From Candidatus Bathyarchaeia archaeon (GTDB lineage: Archaea; Thermoproteota; Bathyarchaeia; Bathyarchaeales; Bathycorpusculaceae): a stretch of 12,079 bases of DNA. The position numbers and the translations under genes are program-made. Location: positions 1 to 12,079 of the forward strand of contig JBMFOB010000027.1 in assembly GCA_049969855.1 (NCBI GenBank), written 5' to 3'. Below the pieces are notes generated by a model. It worked only from the letters and a program-made list of their open reading frames with translations, searched no databases and was not told the DNA's origin. This document shows, piece by piece, positions 6,871 to 12,079 of the stretch (positions within the stretch are counted from its first letter, which is position 1; each line of letters begins with the position of its first letter).

Positions 6871-8031
6871 ATGTCCATTGAAAAACTAATTGAGCTCATA
6901 CTTTCAAAGCGTCCGGAAATTTCTAGGGAAGAGCTTTTGGAGAAGTTAGCGCGGGAGAGGGAAAAAACTGCTGGTTTCATCTCGGACGAAAGTCTTTTGC
7001 GGATGATTGCGGCGGAATTTGGCGTAGAAATTTCTCAAAGTGATTTTTCAGCACCTACACTTTTAATGGGCAATTTGGTTCCAAACTTGAATGACGTAAC
7101 CGTCGTCGGTCGTGTTGTTGCTGTTTTTTCCTCTAAAACCTTTGCAACCAGAGAGGGTGGGAAATTTGCTAGCTTGCTTGTCGCAGACAAAAGTGGTATG
7201 TTGCGGGTTGTTTTGTGGAATGATAAAACCAGCCTTATAGACTCTGGCACTTTGAAAGTTGGGCAAATAGTACGTTTTTCTCATGGATACACAAGAGAAG
7301 GGAGAAACGGAAAAGTTGAGTTGCATATTGGAGATAAAGGTGAAATTCAAATTAACCCTCAAGATGTGAATGAAAAAGATTACCCTGACATAAACAAGTT
7401 CACAATTAAAATTGAGGAAATAACCAAGGCCTACATTAACAAAAATCTGCATTTGATGGGTAAGGTTAAAGAAGTTTTTCCCGTAGCCATTTTTAAGAGA
7501 AAAGATTCAAGCAGCGGAAAAGTTCTACGGCTTATCCTTTCCGATGAGACCGGCGAATTGCCAGTTGTGATTTGGAATGAAAAAGTTGATGAGTTGGAGA
7601 AGAGGTTTAAGAAAGGCGTTAGGCTGCAAATAGTAAATGCTAAATTAAAAAAGGCGGCAAATGGAGGCTTAGAAATTCACGTTGACGCCGGAACCTATGT
7701 TGAAGTATTAGCGTCCGCACCAGAAATTCTTAAAATAGCCAATTTAAAAGAAGGCTTAGACCATGTTAACATCGAAGGAGAAGTTGCCACAAAACCCATG
7801 CTAAGAAACGTGAAAGCCTCAAAAGGCGAAGTTGTGAAACTTGCAGTTTTCGAGTTGAAAGATGAAACTGGAAGAATATGGGTATCGGCATGGCAGAAAA
7901 ACGCCGAAATCGCCATCAACCTAAAAACAGGCGACAAAATAATTATAAAAAACGCTCATGTCAAAAGAGGCTTTGGAGACCAACTTGAAATATCAACAAA
8001 AAGCACAACATTAATAGAAAAGCGTGGATAA
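6871..8031 (+). CDS. rpa: Replication protein A / single-stranded DNA-binding protein with three OB folds
   Basis: N-terminal helical domain, then three OB repeats (DKSGMLRVVLWN; DETGELPVVIWN; DETGRIWVSAWQ). ATG 6871 preferred over TTG 6859. Confidence 0.9.
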   Translation: MSIEKLIELILSKRPEISREELLEKLAREREKTAGFISDESLLRMIAAEFGVEISQSDFSAPTLLMGNLVPNLNDVTVVGRVVAVFSSKTFATREGGKFASLLVADKSGMLRVVLWNDKTSLIDSGTLKVGQIVRFSHGYTREGRNGKVELHIGDKGEIQINPQDVNEKDYPDINKFTIKIEEITKAYINKNLHLMGKVKEVFPVAIFKRKDSSSGKVLRLILSDETGELPVVIWNEKVDELEKRFKKGVRLQIVNAKLKKAANGGLEIHVDAGTYVEVLASAPEILKIANLKEGLDHVNIEGEVATKPMLRNVKASKGEVVKLAVFELKDETGRIWVSAWQKNAEIAINLKTGDKIIIKNAHVKRGFGDQLEISTKSTTLIEKRG

Positions 8032-8032
8032 G

Positions 8033-8128
8033 TGCCGGGGGCGGGATTCGAGCCCGCGACCTCTGGGCGCTTGGCCACGCTCTCCAGATTATGAGTCTGG
8101 CGCCCATTCCAGGCTAGGCTACCCCGGC
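8033..8128 (-). tRNA. tRNA-Met(CAT), elongator type, with a 21-nt intron (8061-8081) at non-canonical position 45/46
   Basis: Minus strand: GCCGGGG TA GCCT AGCCTGGAAT GGGC G CCAGA CTCATAA TCTGG AG [AGCGTGGCCAAGCGCCCAGAG] GTC GCGGG CTCGAAT CCCGC CCCCGGC A. Anticodon at 8091-8093; 75 nt after intron removal; CCA not encoded. Confidence 0.88.
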
Positions 8129-8185
8129 TATGCTGTTCTTATTTATTCTGTTTAAGAAAGTTTAATTAACCTATCGATTTCACAG

Positions 8186-8560
8186 CTATTCGTTTTGCTC
8201 TTTTTCCTTCAGTATTGCTAAATATTCTTGTACACTTTTTTCAACGTTCCATTCAAGGGAGCCTTCTCCAACGTTTAGGTTCCACCAGTTTAGGAACCTT
8301 TCAAGGCTTATTCTGATGAATATTATTAAGATTGCAACGGGAATTATGGATGTTAAAACTATGTTTATTGGAAACGGAAAAAGAAGAAGCAAAAAAAGGT
8401 TCAAGAAAAACTCCAAAAATAAAAATATTGGTACAACTAAGGCCCAAAAAATTCCAGAAGAGGTGCTTTCAATAAAATTGGCTCCTGGAATTTTTAAAAT
8501 TAACTTGTAGAAAAAGGGCAAATTACTTTTATCGATTTTCTTTAATTTTTCTTCACTCAT
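8186..8560 (-). CDS. Hypothetical membrane protein (2 TM helices)
   Basis: Long hydrophobic hairpin (IFWALVVPIFLFLEFFLNLFLLLLFPFPINIVLTSIIPVAILIIFI); starts 6 nt after the rpiA stop. Confidence 0.7.
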   Translation of the reverse strand: MSEEKLKKIDKSNLPFFYKLILKIPGANFIESTSSGIFWALVVPIFLFLEFFLNLFLLLLFPFPINIVLTSIIPVAILIIFIRISLERFLNWWNLNVGEGSLEWNVEKSVQEYLAILKEKEQNE

Positions 8561-8566
8561 AATGAT

Positions 8567-9310
8567 TCAAGAATGTCCTACATCACAAGACACATAAGCT
8601 TTAGCATTTTTCTCAAACTTTTCCACACTGGTGAGTGTCCCTATATACACCACATCAGCCATTTTAACGAAAAGTCCAGTTTCAACAACGCCCGGAAGCA
8701 TTTTCAATTCGTGTTCTAACTTTGCTGGATAACGTATAAGTCCAAAATTTGCGTCTATTATGACGTTACCATTGTCTGTTATAACTGGTCCAACCTTTCC
8801 AGCACTTTCTCTCAAAGTTGGTTTTCCGCCGTGTTCTTTTATTTTCTGCATTAAAACTGGTGCTGCAAGGGGCAAGGCTTCTATTGGCACTGGATGGTTG
8901 TTTTCTCCTAGAACCTTAACTTTCTTAGTTTCGTCTGCCACTATGATGAACTTCTTAGAAGCGGAGGCAACGATTTTTTCGCGAGATAAGGCTCCGCCCA
9001 TGCCCTTTATTAGGTTTAGTTCTTGGTCTATTTGGTCTGCTCCGTCTATTGTTAAATCTAGGGTTGGATGTTCTTCTAATGTTGTTATTGGAATTCCACA
9101 TTTTACTGCCAACATGAAAGTCTGATAGGATGTTGGAACGCCAAGAACATGGATTTTTTCACGTTTTATTCTATTTCCTATTTCTTCTATGGCATAAGCG
9201 GCTGTGCTTCCGCTTCCTAAACCAATGATAAGACCGTCTTGAACGTGTTTAACGGCTTCTAAAGCCGCGTTTTTCTTTGCTTTTTCAATCCATTCTTTTT
9301 TAGGTTTCAA
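8567..9310 (-). CDS. rpiA: Ribose-5-phosphate isomerase A
   Basis: Motifs GLGSGST, DGADQ, KGMGGAL.REK, ADETK, TDNGN, GVVETGLF. Confidence 0.97.
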   Translation of the reverse strand: MKPKKEWIEKAKKNAALEAVKHVQDGLIIGLGSGSTAAYAIEEIGNRIKREKIHVLGVPTSYQTFMLAVKCGIPITTLEEHPTLDLTIDGADQIDQELNLIKGMGGALSREKIVASASKKFIIVADETKKVKVLGENNHPVPIEALPLAAPVLMQKIKEHGGKPTLRESAGKVGPVITDNGNVIIDANFGLIRYPAKLEHELKMLPGVVETGLFVKMADVVYIGTLTSVEKFEKNAKAYVSCDVGHS

Positions 9311-9998
9311 TTTCCATTTGCCCCAACCTTTCTAAAACCTTTTCCACTTCAGCTCTTATTTCTTCTATTCGCTTTTCTGCTTCTGTCTTTGGGCTTGGTT
9401 TGGCTGCTGGTTTTCTTTTCCTCTTTGCTTTTTCTTCGCCTTCAGGTTTTTCTTCTGGTTTAGGAGTTGGTTCCGCTTTGGCTGTGGGGATTGTTATTTC
9501 TTTTATTGGTTTTGCCTCAACTTTTGAGCGCAGTTCTTCAATTTTTCCGCTTAATTCGTCGAAGCGTTCGCTGAAAAGCTTTAAGAGGTCTTCTTGCATG
9601 GCTTCAAGTTCATGTAAAGCCACAAGATGCTCATCTTTTGAAATTGCTTCTTTCACGGTTACCATTCTAGTTTTGTATGTTTGGGCAAGCCTTTCTCTTT
9701 CTTCTTCTGTTATTTTTCCTTCAGCATGGGCTTCATAAAGCCGACGAATTGCATCGCTTAGAATTTCTCTTTCCAAATCCAGAATTCTAAGTTCTTCTTT
9801 TGCTCTAGCTGCTTCGTCGGGTGATACGCTTTTTGTTATTTTGAATGGTAAGCCTCCAAACTCAGCTTTTGGCTTCCCTTCCTCGCCAAGCTTTTCTTCT
9901 TTCTTCCCTTTTTTACTCATTGCGAAAATGACTATAGCACATGTGATAAGTGCCCCTAACACAATTATTGCATAGGTTAGGGGTTCGTCTAAGGGCAA
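9300..9998 (-). CDS. Membrane-anchored coiled-coil protein of unknown function
   Basis: N-terminal TM (YAIIVLGALITCAIVIFAM) followed by KKGKK; long coiled coil containing LYEAHAEGKITEEERERL; P/K/E linker; amphipathic C-terminal helix. TTG start; 11-nt overlap with rpiA. Confidence 0.75.
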   Translation of the reverse strand: MPLDEPLTYAIIVLGALITCAIVIFAMSKKGKKEEKLGEEGKPKAEFGGLPFKITKSVSPDEAARAKEELRILDLEREILSDAIRRLYEAHAEGKITEEERERLAQTYKTRMVTVKEAISKDEHLVALHELEAMQEDLLKLFSERFDELSGKIEELRSKVEAKPIKEITIPTAKAEPTPKPEEKPEGEEKAKRKRKPAAKPSPKTEAEKRIEEIRAEVEKVLERLGQMEIET

Positions 9999-10124
9999 GA
10001 ACCTTTTCCCTCTCTTATTTCACATTGTTTTTGTGAATATATAAATTATCCAGAATCATGGATTACTTGGGAAATTCTTTATTAATTTTCAATACAATAA
10101 GAGGTGTTCTGGAAAGGTGATTAG

Positions 10125-11546
10125 ATGAGAAGGGATAAAGTTTTCAAGCATATTGAAAGTCATTTTGAAGAGCACCTTAGTCGTTTACAAGAGTTGGTTA
10201 GACAGCCTTCCATATCTGCTGAAAACCGTGGTGTCCGCGAGTGCGCAGAGCTTGTTAGGTGTTATCTGAAGGATTTAGGATGCAGTGACGCTAAGCTTGT
10301 TGAAACCTCTGGCAACCCTGTTGTGTATGGATATTATGATGCTGGGGCAGAAAAAACAATAATTGTCTACTTCATGTATGACACGCAACCCGTGGACGAG
10401 CCGGGCTGGAGTGTCCCTCCATTGGAGGGACGAGTTGTTGAGATGGAGCCTTTTGGCAAATGCCTTGTGGCAAGGGGAGCTATCAACACGAAGGGTGAGC
10501 TTGGGGCTTTTCTTAACGCTTGTGAGTCTATAAAGGCTGCTGGAGAGAAAATTCCAGTAAACATGATTTTTGTTGCTGAAGGTGAAGAAGAGCTTGGAAG
10601 CCGCCACCTACCCGAATTCATCAATAAATATTTAGACAAGTTAAATGAGGCTGACGCTGTTTTCTTCCCAACAGCTGACCAAGACCAAAAAGGGAAGGTT
10701 CAAATGACCCTTGGCGTCAAAGGAATAGTCTATTTTGAGTTAGAGATTGACGGAAAAACTTGGGGTCATGGACCCACAGAATTTGACATTCACGGAAGCA
10801 ACAAGGCTTGGGTTGACAGCCCAGCATGGCGCATGATACAAGCCCTAAGCACATTCACAACAAAAGATGGCAACAAAGTTCTGGTTGAAGGGTTCTACGA
10901 TAATGTTCTTCCTCCAAGCAGAGAGGATTTGGAGCTTTTAGAAAAACTTGAAAAAACTTTTGACGAAGAAACAATCAAAGATGAAATGAAGGTTAAACGT
11001 TTCATAGGTGATGTCCATGGAAAGGAGGCACTGCTGAAATATCTTTACTCGCCAACCCTAAACATAGACGGCATATGGGGCGGATACATTGGACCTGGAA
11101 CAAAAACTGTTTTGCCATACAAGATAACAGCTAAAGTTGATGTGCGGCTTGTTCCAAATATGACTGTGGAAGAAGTCATACCAAAAATAAGAAAACACTT
11201 GGATAAACATGGTTTCAAAGAAATAAAAATTATAGAACTTGAAGAAGGCTATGGTTGGGCTAAAACAAGCATAAAAGAACCAGCAGCCCAAGCCATATTA
11301 AAAACTTACCGCGAATTCGGCTACGAACCAGAAATATGGCCTCACATGGCTGGAAGCGCACCATTCTGCATGTTCAACCGTGAACCATTAAACCTACCCT
11401 TCGTAATGGGCGGTTTAGGCCACGGCGCAAGAGCTCACGCCCCAAACGAATACATAGTCGTAGGAGAAGGAGGTCCAACTGGTGGCTTAATAACTCTTGA
11501 AAAATCCTACGTTGCAATTATAGACAATTTATCAAAGATGTTATGA
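10125..11546 (+). CDS. M20/M25/M40-family metallo-hydrolase (dipeptidase/deacylase-like)
   Basis: LVRQPSISA, YDTQP, ARGAxxxKG, EGEEELGS, VRLVPNM, AHAPNE. SD AAGGTGA upstream. Confidence 0.9.
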   Translation: MRRDKVFKHIESHFEEHLSRLQELVRQPSISAENRGVRECAELVRCYLKDLGCSDAKLVETSGNPVVYGYYDAGAEKTIIVYFMYDTQPVDEPGWSVPPLEGRVVEMEPFGKCLVARGAINTKGELGAFLNACESIKAAGEKIPVNMIFVAEGEEELGSRHLPEFINKYLDKLNEADAVFFPTADQDQKGKVQMTLGVKGIVYFELEIDGKTWGHGPTEFDIHGSNKAWVDSPAWRMIQALSTFTTKDGNKVLVEGFYDNVLPPSREDLELLEKLEKTFDEETIKDEMKVKRFIGDVHGKEALLKYLYSPTLNIDGIWGGYIGPGTKTVLPYKITAKVDVRLVPNMTVEEVIPKIRKHLDKHGFKEIKIIELEEGYGWAKTSIKEPAAQAILKTYREFGYEPEIWPHMAGSAPFCMFNREPLNLPFVMGGLGHGARAHAPNEYIVVGEGGPTGGLITLEKSYVAIIDNLSKML

Positions 11547-11620
11547 AGCCTCGGGCGGGCGTCGATCCCGCGACCTACGGCTTACAAGGCCGTTGCTCTA
11601 CCAGGCTGAGCTACCGAGGC
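11547..11620 (-). tRNA. tRNA-Thr(TGT)
   Basis: Minus strand: GCCTCGG TA GCTC AGCCTGGTA GAGC A ACGGC CTTGTAA GCCGT AGGTC GCGGG ATCGACG CCCGC CCGAGGC T. 74 nt, anticodon at 11584-11586, U73 discriminator, no intron, CCA not encoded. Confidence 0.93.
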
Positions 11621-11665
11621 ACAATAGGCAATACTCAACAACAAAAATAAAAATATTCCCAACAC

Positions 11666-11681
11666 CAAAAACCCTTATTAC
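11666..11681 (+). promoter_or_regulatory. Putative BRE-TATA promoter for the 23S rRNA transcript
   Basis: CAAAAAC followed by CCTTATTAC, ~200 nt upstream of the mature 23S. A second TATA-like CTTATA lies at 11695-11700. Confidence 0.5.
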
Positions 11682-11724
11682 ATACGACGCAATACTTATA
11701 TCTCCGAAACCCGCTTCAGAAATA

Positions 11725-11881
11725 TTTTAGCCACATAGCTAAAACCATAAAACAAGATGCAACTCCCCATCAAAAAGATTGGGAGTGAAGGGTAAAATGA
11801 GCCTTTAAAGCTCATTGATGAAACCATGCACAGGCCAAAGTGGTTCACCCGAAACGTCAAACAGACACCACCACAAAGCCC
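11725..11881 (+). other. Structured pre-23S rRNA leader (processing region)
   Basis: Hairpins TTTTAGC/GCTAAAA (11725-11744), ACTCCC/GGGAGT (11762-11786) and AATGAGC/GCTCATT (11796-11816); box-C-like TGATGA at 11816-11821. Confidence 0.55.
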
Positions 11882-12079
11882 GACACGCTACGCCGTCTGG
11901 GGAATGGCTCGGCTTGAGCGCTGAAGAAGGGCGTGGCAAGCCGCGAAAGAGCCCCGGGTAAGCGCATGCAGCCTTAGAACCGGGGATTCCTCAATGGGAC
12001 TTCCCACCATGGCTCCTTCGGGAACCGTGGTGCTCCCAAAAGGGAGCGGGAACCCCCCGAACTGAAGCATCTTAGTAAG
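11882..12079 (+). rRNA. rrl: 23S rRNA, 5' end (truncated by the window end; exact mature 5' end approximate)
   Basis: Archaeal 23S domain I signatures: GCCGTCTGGGGAATGGCTCGGCTTGAGCGCTGAAGAAGGGCGTGGCAAGCCGCGA, CCTCAATGGGAC, GGGAACCCCCCGAACTGAAGCATCTTAGTA. Confidence 0.95.

Noticed and set aside
8033-8128. Reading the tRNA as initiator Met, Ile2(CAT), or a long-variable-arm (Ser/Leu/Sec-like) tRNA
   Set aside because: G1-C72 and no GGG/CCC anticodon stem argue against initiator. The GCC 5' end fits elongator Met better than Ile2 (typically GGG). The extra sequence forms a BHB-like motif whose removal restores a standard 5-nt loop.
9300-9998. Calling the coiled-coil protein CdvA
   Set aside because: Only a short generic segment is similar; no PRC-barrel-like N-terminus is evident and no cdvB/cdvC genes are adjacent.
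1043-11291. Remaining short overlapping ORFs in the track (1043, 3301, 3846, 3865, 4070, 5535, 5670, 6611, 7035, 7063, 7695, 8316, 8760, 9400, 10275, 10367, 11058)
   Set aside because: All lie antisense or out of frame over well-supported genes and show no recognisable motifs.
8033-11580. Similar sequences at 8034-8062 and 11548-11576 as att sites of an integrated element
   Set aside because: They are the 3' halves of two complete, different tRNAs with several mismatches; the enclosed genes include rpiA and no integrase is present.
11888-12070. 60-aa minus-strand ORF
   Set aside because: Antisense to the conserved 23S rRNA sequence; a typical spurious rRNA shadow ORF.
1-12079. CRISPR array, IS element or long tandem repeats
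   Set aside because: No regularly spaced repeats, terminal inverted repeats or transposase-like ORFs seen by eye.

Overview
AT-rich archaeal window, most consistent with a TACK lineage such as Bathyarchaeia. That assignment is an inference from the archaeal 23S 5' sequence, a BHB-type tRNA intron, a multi-OB RPA, archaeal Hsp20, DUF131 and HTH_45 regulators. Left end (1-1643): a co-oriented cluster cut by the window edge, encoding a prefoldin-like coiled-coil/beta-hairpin protein, a Roadblock/LC7 + polyproline/acidic linker + CDC48-N-like double-psi barrel fusion, and a second Roadblock/LC7 protein. This is the best candidate for an undescribed system. Next is a block of four small winged-HTH genes built as two copies of a convergent pair (1768-3079). 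Housekeeping-type genes follow: IMPase/FBPase, metallophosphoesterase, Hsp20, a SWIM Zn-finger protein, an unannotated 38-aa membrane peptide, two DUF131 paralogs, RPA, tRNA-Met(CAT) with a non-canonical 45/46 intron, a minus-strand operon around rpiA, an M20-family hydrolase with altered metal ligands, and tRNA-Thr(TGT). The window ends in the 5' end of a 23S rRNA gene that has no 16S gene upstream and appears to have its own promoter. All family calls come from motif recognition by eye; no database searches were run.
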